Shown: positions 10,145 to 20,792, counted from the first letter of the stretch. The stretch: DNA of 64,000 bases from Candidatus Sysuiplasma jiujiangense (GCA_019721075.1 JAHEAD010000011.1:1-64000); one strand, 5' to 3'. The notes: generated by a model from the letters alone, not told the origin. Numbers and translations: made by a program.

Positions 10145-11377
10145 CTATTGCCTTCTGTATACTTCATGTCCTGCAGAGTATACAGACAATATCAGAGAGT
10201 CCGAATGGCTGTAAAACAGGCGTCCGAAGCTCGCAATGTCGAGACATATGAAATCCGCCCTTTTGCCCGCCTCGATGCTGCCGCACTCACTGCCCGTACC
10301 TGCCGCGCAGGCGGCATTCAGGGTTGCTGCCGTGAGAGCTTCCTCCTGCGTAAGGCCGCATCTGTATACTGAAAGAAGTGCGGAGAGCATCATGCTCTCG
10401 TTCCAGGAGTTGGGACTCAGGTCTGTCCCGAGGGCAACCGCCATGCCCTCCGAAATCATCCTTGAGGCTTTCGGATACTCCGAGCTCAGGGAAAACAGCG
10501 GCGTGGAGGGCAGTATGATGCCTATTGTACCGTTTTCAGCAAGAACGGAGAAACTGTCGGAGGAGGTATGTGCAAGATGAGAGAGGCTTGCCGCTCCCAT
10601 TCGTGAGAGTATTTCGGATGCGCCGGTGCTTGAGAATTCATCCACATGCGCAGTCAGCCTGAAACCGAGTTTGGAGGCGGCGGCAAATATCCTGACCGCG
10701 TCTTCCGTCGTGAAAGCGCCCTCCTCAACAAATATGTCGCAGATTGAGGACAGGCCGCTCCTGATGACGGCCGGAAGCTGCCTGTCTATTATATTATCGA
10801 CGTAAGTCCTCCTGTCCGATTCGGGCGGGACAGCATGCGCTCCCAGGTAGGTTGGGACGGTAAGCTGTCTTTCGGAGCCTAATCTCCCGATAGCACGAAG
10901 CATCCTGAGTTCCTGCTCCAGGTTCAGCCCGTATCCGCTCTTCACCTCCACACAGGTAATGCCGTTCCTGAGCATGCTGTCAAGCCTTTTACGTGTTTCC
11001 GACATGAGCTGCCGTACGCTTGCCCGCCTGGTTGAAGCGACCGTCCTCAATATGCCGCCCCCTTCCTTCAGTATCTGCATATAGGGCACGCCGCGCAGCT
11101 TCTTTTGCAGCTCGTCCTCCCTGCTCCCTGCGAAAAGCGCGTGCGAGTGGCAGTCGACAAAGGACGGTATGATCAGCCTGTCACCCAGCTCGATCTTCCT
11201 GCCTGTGAAGTCTCTTTCGATCCTCTTCCGTTTTCCGCATGCGGCGAATCTCCCGCCGGCTATTGCCATTGCTGCATCATCCGTCAGCGAAACCGAATTC
11301 ATCCCGTCGCCTGAAAGCTGACCGCTTCCTTTCGGGGTTGCAATCTGGCCGCACTCAACTATCACGTCTGCCTTCAA
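10145..11377 (-). CDS. hutI: Imidazolonepropionase
   Basis: DCHSHALFAGSR, GGGILRTV, EVKSGYGL, TYLGAHAVP, HVDE and ALGTDLSP motifs. Confidence 0.92.
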   Translation of the reverse strand: MKADVIVECGQIATPKGSGQLSGDGMNSVSLTDDAAMAIAGGRFAACGKRKRIERDFTGRKIELGDRLIIPSFVDCHSHALFAGSREDELQKKLRGVPYMQILKEGGGILRTVASTRRASVRQLMSETRKRLDSMLRNGITCVEVKSGYGLNLEQELRMLRAIGRLGSERQLTVPTYLGAHAVPPESDRRTYVDNIIDRQLPAVIRSGLSSICDIFVEEGAFTTEDAVRIFAAASKLGFRLTAHVDEFSSTGASEILSRMGAASLSHLAHTSSDSFSVLAENGTIGIILPSTPLFSLSSEYPKASRMISEGMAVALGTDLSPNSWNESMMLSALLSVYRCGLTQEEALTAATLNAACAAGTGSECGSIEAGKRADFICLDIASFGRLFYSHSDSLILSVYSAGHEVYRRQ

Positions 11378-12293
11378 CCGGCTCCCTCCTGAGTCCCTCT
11401 TCTCCGGTCACGCATATATAGGGTATTCCACCCCTTGCGGCAATGGCGTCCGACGCCCTGGACGGTTTGTCGGTGAGCGCTATGATGCTGCCCCCTCCGC
11501 CGGCGCCGGTAAGCTTTGCTCCGTAAGAATAGGGCAGAACCGCGCTGATCAGGCTCTCGAGTTCACGCGTGCTCACGCCGATGACCGAAAGCAGTACCTG
11601 ATTCCTGTTCATCAGATCCCCTATTTTCACAATATCACCGTTTCTCAGGGCGGACCTGGCTTCCATGGCAACGGCACCAATCTCCGCAACTGCGTCCCTG
11701 GCCGTGGCGAAGCGCTCGTACAGGTTTCTGACCTTTTCGACCATCGGACCCGTCGCGGCTCCCTGCCCGGTAAAACCGACGACCACGCCGAGTTTTCCGA
11801 TGTCGAGTCTGCCCACATGCCACTGGACTGCAGCCCCCCTGACAAGCCATATCTCATCGGGAACGGTCCTGCTGCTTATGAAGATTGCATTGCCATGAAC
11901 AGCCGTCGATGTGTCGATGGGGCTTGCCCGTCCCTGTGCATGGAATTCGACGTCGTATGCAGTCTGGGCAATCTCATGGCGTTCCGCGCCCGGAAGGAGG
12001 GAGGCAACAAGGGATGCTGAAAGGGCCGCCGAAGAGCCGAGACCGCCGCCGGACGGTATGTCCGATTTTACGGTTATCGATTTTCCGCGGTTTCCGGTGA
12101 GCCTCAGTGCATGAAAGGCATAGGGGGCAGCTTCCCTGGTTACCGGAAAACCGTTGAGCCTGGTGTCATCCGAGTCTGCGACCGTAACGTTGCTGCGAAG
12201 ATTGATGGCCGTTGATATTGCCGGCTCGCCGAACACAACAGCATGCTCTCCGAAGAGTATTATTTTTCCCGGCGCTGAAAATGTATGAGGCAT
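11355..12293 (-). CDS. mvk: Mevalonate kinase (GHMP family)
   Basis: SAPGKIILFGEHAVVFG, PSGGGLGSSAA, GRASPIDT and KLTGAGGGG; ATG 12293 chosen in ORF 11355..12386. Confidence 0.92.
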   Translation of the reverse strand: MPHTFSAPGKIILFGEHAVVFGEPAISTAINLRSNVTVADSDDTRLNGFPVTREAAPYAFHALRLTGNRGKSITVKSDIPSGGGLGSSAALSASLVASLLPGAERHEIAQTAYDVEFHAQGRASPIDTSTAVHGNAIFISSRTVPDEIWLVRGAAVQWHVGRLDIGKLGVVVGFTGQGAATGPMVEKVRNLYERFATARDAVAEIGAVAMEARSALRNGDIVKIGDLMNRNQVLLSVIGVSTRELESLISAVLPYSYGAKLTGAGGGGSIIALTDKPSRASDAIAARGGIPYICVTGEEGLRREPVEGRRDS

Positions 12294-12318
12294 TGTGCAG
12301 AAGGGAAAGTGTCTTGGG

Positions 12319-12924
12319 TTATATTTTTTGCATCCGGTCCGGGGCATCCCCGCGCCATGCATTTTTCCGTGACGGAAACAGGGCATTTACGTCCTTCTGG
12401 TAAGCGGCATATGCCGCACCAGTCTTCGAACGCCAGTAAGCGTCTATGACATGCACCGACCTGACCACCACGGGTATTACGACAACGATGGCAACCACCG
12501 TTCCGGCAGGGCTCAGCTGTTCGATCGCAAGACCGAACGAACAGAGTATGAGACCGAAATACATAGGATGCCTGCAGAACCTGTAAAAGCCGGCGGGTGA
12601 AAGCGCCGGACCCTCCTCCCCCTCTGTTGCAATTATGCGTGAAAGCGGCGACTTTGCGCCAAAGAAAAACACGGCGCCTGCCAGAAACAGTGACATTCCG
12701 GCAAGGGCAACCGCATAGGAAAACAGGTCGTCTCTCCTGAAACTGAACAGGATGGATATGAACAGCAGAAGCACTCCGGACGCGTACCGCAGAAGGGAGT
12801 AGCGGTTGAACGGTATCCAGTATGTTGGATCACCGGGCTGTCTTCTGACTGTTGATGCGAACATGGACACAGCGGTAATCGCTATTACGAAATCCAGGAT
12901 GCCGAAATAACCGTCGTAGAACAT
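12319..12924 (-). CDS. Isoprenylcysteine carboxyl methyltransferase (ICMT/PEMT)-family membrane protein
   Basis: Multiple TM helices with GFYRFCRHPMYFG and C-terminal GAAYAAYQKDV..LFP. Confidence 0.8.
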   Translation of the reverse strand: MFYDGYFGILDFVIAITAVSMFASTVRRQPGDPTYWIPFNRYSLLRYASGVLLLFISILFSFRRDDLFSYAVALAGMSLFLAGAVFFFGAKSPLSRIIATEGEEGPALSPAGFYRFCRHPMYFGLILCSFGLAIEQLSPAGTVVAIVVVIPVVVRSVHVIDAYWRSKTGAAYAAYQKDVNALFPSRKNAWRGDAPDRMQKI

Positions 12925-13077
12925 GGATTGCTCCGCAACGGCTCACAATACCTTCAATTATAGTTTACTGTTGCCCATGGTGGCAAAAAGACATATCTCC
13001 CTCCAGTCAGCCGATACCACCGGAAAAACCTCTCATTTTAATACAGGCAGAACAGATCCGGATGGCCGATACGCAAC

Positions 13078-13899
13078 ATGAAATCACTGGAATTCGGCCG
13101 CAGGGAAAAGGTGAGGATGCCTGACATCGGCCTCGGAACATGGAAGATGGGCGGAAGCTCGAAGCCGGACAACTCAAACGATCGGCGAGAAATGGATGCA
13201 ATCAGGAACGCACTTGAAATTGGCTACAGTTTCATTGATACGGCTGAAATGTACGGGGGAGGCCATACCGAGGAGCTTGTGGGAGAGGCGGCAGAAGGCA
13301 GGGAGGTGTTCATTGCGACAAAGGTCTGGCAGACGAACCTCCATTACGACGATGTCATCAGGGCCGCGGAAGCGAGCCTGAAGCGTCTCAGGAGGAAGCA
13401 AATCGACCTCTACCAGATACACTGGCCAAGCGATGACATACCCCTGCGCGAAACGATGAAGGCGATGGAAAAGCTCGTTGATGACGGCAGGGTGAGGTAC
13501 ATTGGCGTGAGCAACTTCGGCCCGGAGCTCATACATGATGCCAGGAGCCATATGTCTAGGTACGACATAATCTCTGACCAGGTTTCGTACAGCCTTGCCG
13601 ACAGGAATCCGGAAAACGGCCTGACGGATTACTGCAGGAAGGAGGGCATAGGCATCATCGCCTACGAACCACTGTCGAGGGGAAAGGTATTCAGCGGCAG
13701 AACCGGCAGAATACTCGCCGAAGCGGCAAGCATGGTTTCCAGGACGAAGGCCCAGGTCGCACTCAACTGGCTCATTTCCAAGGGAGCACTCCCGATACCG
13801 AAGTCGAGCAGCGCCGATCATCTTCATGAGAATTTCGGTGCAGCCGGCTGGAGGCTTCCTGAAAAGGTACTGAAATTCATCGACGACGGCATTCGCTGA
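13078..13899 (+). CDS. Aldo/keto reductase
   Basis: GLGTW, IDTAEMYG, DLYQIHWP, IGVSNF and PIPKSS. Confidence 0.93.
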   Translation: MKSLEFGRREKVRMPDIGLGTWKMGGSSKPDNSNDRREMDAIRNALEIGYSFIDTAEMYGGGHTEELVGEAAEGREVFIATKVWQTNLHYDDVIRAAEASLKRLRRKQIDLYQIHWPSDDIPLRETMKAMEKLVDDGRVRYIGVSNFGPELIHDARSHMSRYDIISDQVSYSLADRNPENGLTDYCRKEGIGIIAYEPLSRGKVFSGRTGRILAEAASMVSRTKAQVALNWLISKGALPIPKSSSADHLHENFGAAGWRLPEKVLKFIDDGIR

Positions 13900-14028
13900 A
13901 AGCACCGATGCTGAAATACAGTAACACCTGTCCGCCGCCAGGCCTTTTCCGTAAAGTTTTATAGGCACTTCAGGTTGAATGAACGGCATATCGGCCGAAG
14001 CCTGACGGCCGGAGGCAGTGATGAGGCA

Positions 14029-14940
14029 GTGGCGGAAACTGTCATTGAAGTGGAAGGACTGGTGAAGAGTTACGGCAGCCTGAAGGCTGTAGACCATCTC
14101 AATCTCAGCATAAAGAGGGGTGAGGTATACAGTCTGCTCGGTCCCAACGGCGCCGGGAAGACCACAACAATAGAGATAATGGAAGGACTGAGAAAAGGCG
14201 ATTCGGGAAGCGTGTCCATTCTTTCGACAGACCCATGGAAAAATTCCCGGGCGCTCAGGAAACGCGTCGGCATAATACCGCAGGACTTCAATTTCATCGG
14301 AAAGATAACGCCGGCAGAGGCCATCAGGCACTACTGCAGACTGTTCGGCATACCGGACAGATCCGGCGAGCTTCTCAGGCTGGTGGATCTCCTGGACATG
14401 GAGAACACATATTTTGAAAGACTTTCCGGCGGGCAGAAACAGAAACTCGGACTTTGCCTTGCCCTCGTAAACAATCCGGAGGTAATATTTCTTGATGAAC
14501 CCACGACGGGACTGGATCCGCAGGCACGCAGAAACATGTGGGATGTCATAAGAAAACTGAAATCGGAGGGAAGGACAATCATGCTCACAACGCACTACCT
14601 TGAGGAAGCCGAAATACTGGCAGACAGGGTGGGTATAGTAAACCACGGCAGAATGATGATCGAGGGAACGCCGGACGACATCATACGAAGCAGCGGCGGT
14701 GCAAGGATTCTGAGAATCAACGGTGACGCCTCGCTGCTTGAGGATATCAGGGCAGGGACAGGGCTGGAGTGCACCCTTGCAGGCAGCGTTGTCGATATAC
14801 GCATCAGGGAAAACAAGCAGATACTTGATGCGCTGAGGATTGCCGGAATGAGCGGCAGGCCTCTCGAAAGGATAGAACTCAGGCAGGAAGGTCTCGAGGA
14901 TGTATTCGTGAAAATGGTGGGGAAGGTGGAGGAAGAGTGA
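14029..14940 (+). CDS. ABC transporter ATP-binding protein (ABC-2/multidrug type)
   Basis: GPNGAGKTT, LSGGQ, FLDEPTTGLD and TTHYLEEA; start uncertain (ORF from 13975). Confidence 0.93.
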   Translation: MAETVIEVEGLVKSYGSLKAVDHLNLSIKRGEVYSLLGPNGAGKTTTIEIMEGLRKGDSGSVSILSTDPWKNSRALRKRVGIIPQDFNFIGKITPAEAIRHYCRLFGIPDRSGELLRLVDLLDMENTYFERLSGGQKQKLGLCLALVNNPEVIFLDEPTTGLDPQARRNMWDVIRKLKSEGRTIMLTTHYLEEAEILADRVGIVNHGRMMIEGTPDDIIRSSGGARILRINGDASLLEDIRAGTGLECTLAGSVVDIRIRENKQILDALRIAGMSGRPLERIELRQEGLEDVFVKMVGKVEEE

Positions 14941-16034
14941 TGAAAATTTCAAGGGTGCTGAGCGATCTTGCGGTATACACGAAAAATTTCAGCAGGAGCA
15001 GGGAAGGTATATTCTTCACATTCATATTTCCTGTCATACTGGTGGCCGTATTCGGCGCAATCTTTTCAGGCGGGAGCAGCGGGGCCGTGCCGCTCTACGT
15101 CCAGAATCTCAGCGGACCGGCGCCCGCCGCGCAGCAGTTCATGGAGGCGCTGAACAGCACACATCTCGTCAAGCTGCATTTCATACCTCCCGCAGCGAAT
15201 CTGCACACCTACATTACACAGAATTCCATAACCGCCGCGCTGCTGATACCGTCGAATTTTCCTCAGATGGTGTCATCGGGCACCGCCGTCAACCTCTCTT
15301 TCTACTACAATCCAACGCAGTCCTCCTCACAGATTGCTGCACAGGCAATAAACATAGTGGTGGAAAACTTCAACCTGCATCTGAGCGGGGCTCACAGTGT
15401 CGTAGGCGTCAGCGAGCACACGAACTCCGTTGTTGCCACGAGCTACATAGATTTCCTCGTGCCGGGGCTTATAGGCTTCACAATCCTCACATCTCCGATG
15501 TTCTCGATGACATACGTCGTCAGCTCCTACAAAAAGGAGAAGATATTCAGGCAGTTTTCACTTACGCCGCTGACCAGGGGGGAGTGGATCCTTTCCAAAT
15601 TCATCTTCTTCACTTTTATTGCACTTGCATCTGCCGCCGAAATGATAGCCATCGGGTACTTCCTTTTCAACGCGCATGTGACGGTTACGCCGCTTGTGAT
15701 CCCATTCCTGCTGGCCGGCGTCATCCTGTTCGTCTCTCTCGGTACGTTTGCAGGCTCCATCTCGAGGACGGAGGAGGGCGCCTCGGTCATCGGCAACATA
15801 ATCACATTCCCGATGATGTTCCTTGCAGGCACATTTTTCCCCGTTTCCATCATGCCGGGATGGCTGCAGGCAGTGGCGCATGTGCTTCCGCTCTACTACA
15901 TCATCGACGGCCTTAATGCTGTCATGGTCTATTCCAATTTCAGCGGTGCGATGGTCGATCTTGCCGTGAGTGCCGTCCTTGCAGTGGTATTTTTCATACT
16001 CGCAATGTCAGTTTTCAGCTGGAAGGAGGCCTGA
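14937..16034 (+). CDS. ABC-2 transporter permease
   Basis: Overlaps the ATPase stop; N-terminal TM, extracellular loop, then 5 TMs with FLAGTFFPVSIMPGWLQ..LPL. Confidence 0.9.
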   Translation: MMKISRVLSDLAVYTKNFSRSREGIFFTFIFPVILVAVFGAIFSGGSSGAVPLYVQNLSGPAPAAQQFMEALNSTHLVKLHFIPPAANLHTYITQNSITAALLIPSNFPQMVSSGTAVNLSFYYNPTQSSSQIAAQAINIVVENFNLHLSGAHSVVGVSEHTNSVVATSYIDFLVPGLIGFTILTSPMFSMTYVVSSYKKEKIFRQFSLTPLTRGEWILSKFIFFTFIALASAAEMIAIGYFLFNAHVTVTPLVIPFLLAGVILFVSLGTFAGSISRTEEGASVIGNIITFPMMFLAGTFFPVSIMPGWLQAVAHVLPLYYIIDGLNAVMVYSNFSGAMVDLAVSAVLAVVFFILAMSVFSWKEA

Positions 16035-16165
16035 GAAACCGCCCTCTACGTCGTGCGGATTCATTCATCTGCCTGACTCTTCGGAAAGTGTGACCGCCTG
16101 CCGGCGAGGGACACGGGCATGGGGCTTGCGAAGATTGATATATTGACTGCCGGGATATTTGAATC

Positions 16166-16894
16166 GTGATTACACTAGTCGGAGTAGGTCATGTATTCAA
16201 CATAGGGGACGCTGTCAGGTCCGTGATATTCCAGGAGAGGCCGGCAGCCGTCTGTCTTGAGCTTGACGAGGAGAGGCTGGCAGGGCTCCTTGCAAATGTC
16301 AGGCGGCAGGCGGGAGACGGACAGAGCAGGGTTTACAGATCACTCGGCGACTTCCAGGCGAAGGTTGCAAGCAGTTACGGCACCACTGTCGGGTCAGAAA
16401 TGCTTGCAGCCAACGAGGCGGCCTCGCTCCTTGGCGTCCCCGTCCACTGCATCGACATGAAGGCGTCCGAGTTCTTCGACAGGGCATTCAAATCCATGTC
16501 ACTGAAGGAGAAGATATACCTCGTTCTGAACTCAGTTGCGGCGAAATTTGCGGGGCGGAAGAGGATCGAGGGGGAGCTTGAACAGTATCAGGAAAATGAT
16601 ACGGCATACATAGATCAGTTTGGGAAGAAATTCCCGTCGCTTAAGAGAGTCCTGATAGACGAAAGGAATGAATACATGGCATCGGGGATACGCAAACTTG
16701 CCGGAGACAGCAGCAATGTTGTTGCGGTGATAGGGGACGGACATGTCGAGGGGGTAAGCAGACTGCTCTCGGGTTATCCGGTTAAACTTATTAGACTGAA
16801 GGAGTTGCGAGCAATGCAGGAGAGCCTCACGGATACGGGGCTCTCGAGAAACAGGGGAAACAGCGGGGTTTCATTCTCATTCAGCTACAGATGA
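16166..16894 (+). CDS. TraB/PrgY-family protein
   Basis: LVGVGHV, VCLELDEER, GSEM, LIDERNEYM and VIGDGHVEG. Confidence 0.85.
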   Translation: MITLVGVGHVFNIGDAVRSVIFQERPAAVCLELDEERLAGLLANVRRQAGDGQSRVYRSLGDFQAKVASSYGTTVGSEMLAANEAASLLGVPVHCIDMKASEFFDRAFKSMSLKEKIYLVLNSVAAKFAGRKRIEGELEQYQENDTAYIDQFGKKFPSLKRVLIDERNEYMASGIRKLAGDSSNVVAVIGDGHVEGVSRLLSGYPVKLIRLKELRAMQESLTDTGLSRNRGNSGVSFSFSYR

Positions 16895-16934
16895 GAGGCG
16901 CCTTCCCTCTGCACATGTCCGGACAGACGATACC

Positions 16935-17855
16935 ATGCCGAATGCAATCGAAGCGTCAAGGCTTGAAAAAACATACCATACCAGAAGGAGGAGTGTTACT
17001 GCTCTCCAGGGAATAGACATAGAAGTGGGAAAAGGCACACTTTTCTCATTTCTCGGCAGGAACGGGGCCGGCAAGACTACATTCGTCAAGATAGCGTCGA
17101 CGCTCCTGGTGCCGACATCGGGCAGCGTGAGCGTACTCGGCCATGACGTCATGCTTGAAACGGCACAGGTCAGGGAGAACATTGCGCTTGTGCCGCAGGA
17201 TGTAAGGCCGTATTTCCACCTTACGCCGCGTGAGCATTCTTACAACTACCTGAGGATAAGGGGTTTCGGGAGGGAGGAGGCGAAGAGCAGGACTGAATGG
17301 GTCATGGAGGAGATGGGACTGTCCGGCTTCGCTGATGTGCCTGCACTTCAGCTTTCCGGCGGTTTGCAGCAGAGGACGATGGTCGCTACGGTCCTAGCAA
17401 CGATGGCGCCGGTGATATTCCTCGACGAGCCGACACTGGGTATGGATCCGGTGGCAAGAAGGGAAGTGTGGAAGCTCATTGAGGAGATAAGGCAGAAGGG
17501 GTCGACAATCCTTCTAACCACCCATTACCTTGACGAGGCTGAGAGGCTGTCCGAAAAGCTTGCTGTGATCAGCAGAGGCAGGGTCCGTTTTACGGGCAGC
17601 GTGCCAGAGCTCAAGGTGGTTGTCGGCTCCGACTACAGGGCGATCATGAGTATCAGGGCACCGAGGGAGCTGCTTGACGGATATGGAAAAATTGTGGAGG
17701 ACGGAAACAGGCTGCTCGTCCTGACCGACAGGAAGGGGGCAATGGAGCTTGCGGAAAGGGCGAGTCGTGCGAACACCGAAATATCTGTCGGTCCCGTGAC
17801 GCTTGAAGAGGCATTCATACAGCTGGTCGGGAGCGCGGAGGAAGATGAAACTTAG
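16935..17855 (+). CDS. ABC transporter ATP-binding protein
   Basis: GRNGAGKTT, LSGG, FLDEPTLGMD and TTHYLDEA. Confidence 0.93.
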   Translation: MPNAIEASRLEKTYHTRRRSVTALQGIDIEVGKGTLFSFLGRNGAGKTTFVKIASTLLVPTSGSVSVLGHDVMLETAQVRENIALVPQDVRPYFHLTPREHSYNYLRIRGFGREEAKSRTEWVMEEMGLSGFADVPALQLSGGLQQRTMVATVLATMAPVIFLDEPTLGMDPVARREVWKLIEEIRQKGSTILLTTHYLDEAERLSEKLAVISRGRVRFTGSVPELKVVVGSDYRAIMSIRAPRELLDGYGKIVEDGNRLLVLTDRKGAMELAERASRANTEISVGPVTLEEAFIQLVGSAEEDET

Positions 17856-18591
17856 GCTCCAGCTCCGGGCAATGGCCATACTGCTCGTGCTCAACGGTCT
17901 CATCGCTCTGAGAAGGCAGACGACGATACTGATATCCATATCGCTCTCGCCCTTTACGTTCATCTACTTTCTTTACCTCGTCAGCCCAAGGGCGGAGCTC
18001 CCTTACGGCATTGTCGGCGCAATAGTGTTCACGACGGTCTTCACCGGAAACATGATGCTCAATGATGCAGCATATGCACGCCTGGAGCGGCATCTGCAGG
18101 CGCTATATGTTGCGTCGCCGGTACGTGCATTCTCATACGCCACGGGGATAGCGATATCGGAGCTCGTGTTCATTGTTCCTCCTCTTGCGGTACTGTTTGC
18201 TGTGCTATCCCTGGTCGTGCACCTGACTGCATCTGTTTTCCTTTCCCTGCTCGGCATAATATTCATGACATGGGTGATGTCGTCGAGCCTCGGTTTCATG
18301 ATATCTTCGTTCTTCAGGCAGCTCAGGGAGATATGGCCGATTGCGAGCCTGGTGTTTTCCGTGATATCGATAATACCGCCGATATTCTATCCCATAACAG
18401 CCATACCGGCAGGCGTGCGGTGGATTGCCTACATTGCACCGACAACCTATTCTGCCCTGCTGGCCGACAGTGTGGTGGGGATAACAAGGGTGTCCACGCA
18501 GACACAGTTCTTCTATGTCGCCGGACTACTCGTTGCAACGCTCATTTTCATGGGAATCGCGGCTGCCTTCACCAGGTGGAGGGAAAAGTAG
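17845..18591 (+). CDS. ABC-2 transporter permease
   Basis: About 6 TMs with PPIFYPITAIP..APTTY; overlaps the ATPase gene end. Confidence 0.85.
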   Translation: MKLRLQLRAMAILLVLNGLIALRRQTTILISISLSPFTFIYFLYLVSPRAELPYGIVGAIVFTTVFTGNMMLNDAAYARLERHLQALYVASPVRAFSYATGIAISELVFIVPPLAVLFAVLSLVVHLTASVFLSLLGIIFMTWVMSSSLGFMISSFFRQLREIWPIASLVFSVISIIPPIFYPITAIPAGVRWIAYIAPTTYSALLADSVVGITRVSTQTQFFYVAGLLVATLIFMGIAAAFTRWREK

Positions 18592-18742
18592 CGCTGTTCC
18601 GCAGCGGTGGGGCACGCAAACACGCATTCCCCATGTGCATTCCTCTGCGCCGGCGCATGCTGTTAGATGAGGGGGCAATGAGCTGCTTCGACATGTTTAA
18701 ATATGAACGCATTTGTGCGACTCACCTACAGCAGTGGATATA

Positions 18743-18934
18743 ATGGGCAATATCAGACCTACGTACATAAAAAGGGTGGCGGTCGAGCTGGTCAGCAGAT
18801 ACCCCACGCTCTTCACGGCAGACTATGAGCACAATAAGCAGATCGTTGCCAAACTTACAGATGTCAAGTCCATCATGATGAGAAACAAGATAGCAGGCTA
18901 CGCGACGACATTCAGGAAGAGGCCCAGGCTCTGA
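18743..18934 (+). CDS. rps17e: 30S ribosomal protein S17e
   Basis: [28 protein letters not shown]. Confidence 0.95.
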   Translation: MGNIRPTYIKRVAVELVSRYPTLFTADYEHNKQIVAKLTDVKSIMMRNKIAGYATTFRKRPRL

Positions 18935-18938
18935 TTTT

Positions 18939-20138
18939 TCATCCTGCCATATCCGGCAGGAGCAGGTAGAATGGCAGGAAGGCGACAGAGATTATTACCA
19001 TCGAAAGCCAGGCGTATTCGAAACCGTAGCTGAATGCAATTGCACTGTAAACGAACGGAACCCAGAAACCGCCGATGACCTGGATTCCGTTCACCAGACT
19101 GACCGCCAGCGGTATGTTTTTCAGGCCGATAGATGGCATATGCGCAGGAAGTGCGTATGTTATGGACACGCCGGCAGTGAAGAGTATGCCTGTGAGTATG
19201 CTGCCTGCAACGGCACCGATCACAGAGCCGGACAGGAAGAAGAGCATCGAGAGGGTGAATGCGATCACGCTCACCACCAGAAGCTTGCGCGCATTCTTCA
19301 TGTTTCTGTGCAGCGGACCGCTCAGCACACCTCCGATCAGGCCGATGAACAGTATGAGCGAGGAAAGGATGCTCGCGCCGAAGGTGTCGATTTTCAGGTA
19401 GTCCACCGAATAGATATAGAGATATGAGCTTGTCGCGGTGTATGCACCCCATACACCGACAAATCCGAGCGCAATGAACCAGACATTCCTGTTCTTCAGC
19501 ACAGCGGCGATTTCCGCGGGCGTGACACCGGCGGAAACGTTCTCAATGGCATCCTCCATACGTATTGTGTACATGCTGGCAAAATAGGTCGCAAGTGCAA
19601 TCGCGCCGCCGGCGATGACGCCTATCTGCCAGTCCGTGAACTTGATTATGTACGGCCAGAAGAGTATGGCAACGCCGGCGCCGAGATCAAATGCAGCATT
19701 GTAGTAGCCTATGACATGTGTCCGCCTCTCCCTGCTGAAGAAGGATGAAAGTATGCCGACCGCGGGAGAAAAGAACAGGGCCGCTCCAGCACCTGCAATG
19801 AACCGGAACAGCAGAAGGATGAGGTAGCTGGGCGCAAACGGGGTGGCGATGCTGAAGACAGAGAGCACAAGCAGGCCGTTCATGGCAGTCTGCTTCGCGC
19901 CAAACCTCGAGGAAAGGACGCCGGCAGGAATCTGGAATATGCCCACCGCCAGCAGAAACGATGAAGTTATCAGCCCCGACAGCGTCGATGAAACGCCGTA
20001 CGCCAGCGCAATGGTGACCAGTGCCGGGGCTGTAGTGTACCAGTTCAGGGCGTAGGCAATCCTTGAAGAGAGAATGGAGGTGAGAACCGCATTGCTCCTC
20101 GTTCCGGTATTCGGCTGACTGTTCCCGCCGGTGGACAT
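18939..20138 (-). CDS. MFS transporter
   Basis: About 12 TMs with motif A variant GVLSSRFGAK; 399 aa. Confidence 0.88.
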   Translation of the reverse strand: MSTGGNSQPNTGTRSNAVLTSILSSRIAYALNWYTTAPALVTIALAYGVSSTLSGLITSSFLLAVGIFQIPAGVLSSRFGAKQTAMNGLLVLSVFSIATPFAPSYLILLLFRFIAGAGAALFFSPAVGILSSFFSRERRTHVIGYYNAAFDLGAGVAILFWPYIIKFTDWQIGVIAGGAIALATYFASMYTIRMEDAIENVSAGVTPAEIAAVLKNRNVWFIALGFVGVWGAYTATSSYLYIYSVDYLKIDTFGASILSSLILFIGLIGGVLSGPLHRNMKNARKLLVVSVIAFTLSMLFFLSGSVIGAVAGSILTGILFTAGVSITYALPAHMPSIGLKNIPLAVSLVNGIQVIGGFWVPFVYSAIAFSYGFEYAWLSMVIISVAFLPFYLLLPDMAG

Positions 20139-20246
20139 CCGGTAGTCCTTATAAAGCTGAAATAAGTAGTTTTACATGGGCGGGCAGGCACATGCAATGG
20201 ATAAGAATAAGAACAGCATCGCAATGTTTTTTATTGCGGCGCACAG

Positions 20247-20320
20247 GCCCGAGTGGGGTAGCCAGGACATCCTTGAAGATTGCGGATCTTCGGACCCGGA
20301 TTCGAATTCCGGCTCGGGCG
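20247..20320 (+). tRNA. tRNA-Arg(GCG)
   Basis: Acceptor GCCCGAG/CTCGGGC; anticodon arm GAAGA-TT GCG GA-TCTTC; T arm CCGGA-TTCGAAT-TCCGG; CCA not encoded. Confidence 0.95.
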
Positions 20321-20420
20321 CGCCCTTCCTGTACGGGAATGCAGCCACGGCTTCGGCCTGGTCCAATACAGGGATTAGCCTAATATTCCCGTAATCCGAT
20401 CTGCCGCCTGATGAGTCCGC

Positions 20421-20792
20421 ATGCCGTTAAAAATAAAGAGAATATATGATGTGCCGGAAAGTTCGGATGGATACAGGCTGCTTGTCGACAGGCTCTGGCC
20501 CAGGGGGCTCTCAAAGGAGAAAGCGTCCATCGATGAATGGCTGAGGGACATAGCGCCGTCCGACGAACTCAGAAAATGGTTTTCGCACGACAGGGAGCGG
20601 TGGAATGAATTCAGGGCAAAATACTGGAAGGAGCTGGAGGGGAAAAATACGCTTGTCGAAGCCATCAGGGAGAGAGCGGCAAGGGGAATGGTCACGCTGC
20701 TCTATTCAACCAGGGAGACCGTTGCCAACAACGCCGCCGCACTTAAAGAGTTCATAGAGCGGACCGATGTCAGGGGAAGGAAGAAAAAATGA
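20421..20792 (+). CDS. DUF488/YeaO-family protein
   Basis: KRIYD..DGYRLLVDRLWPRG..W..IAPSDELRKWFSHD..NNA. Confidence 0.92.
   Translation: MPLKIKRIYDVPESSDGYRLLVDRLWPRGLSKEKASIDEWLRDIAPSDELRKWFSHDRERWNEFRAKYWKELEGKNTLVEAIRERAARGMVTLLYSTRETVANNAAALKEFIERTDVRGRKKK

Noticed and set aside
13174..14952. 592-aa minus-strand ORF
   Set aside because: Antisense shadow of the well-supported aldo/keto reductase and ABC ATPase genes; no recognisable motifs
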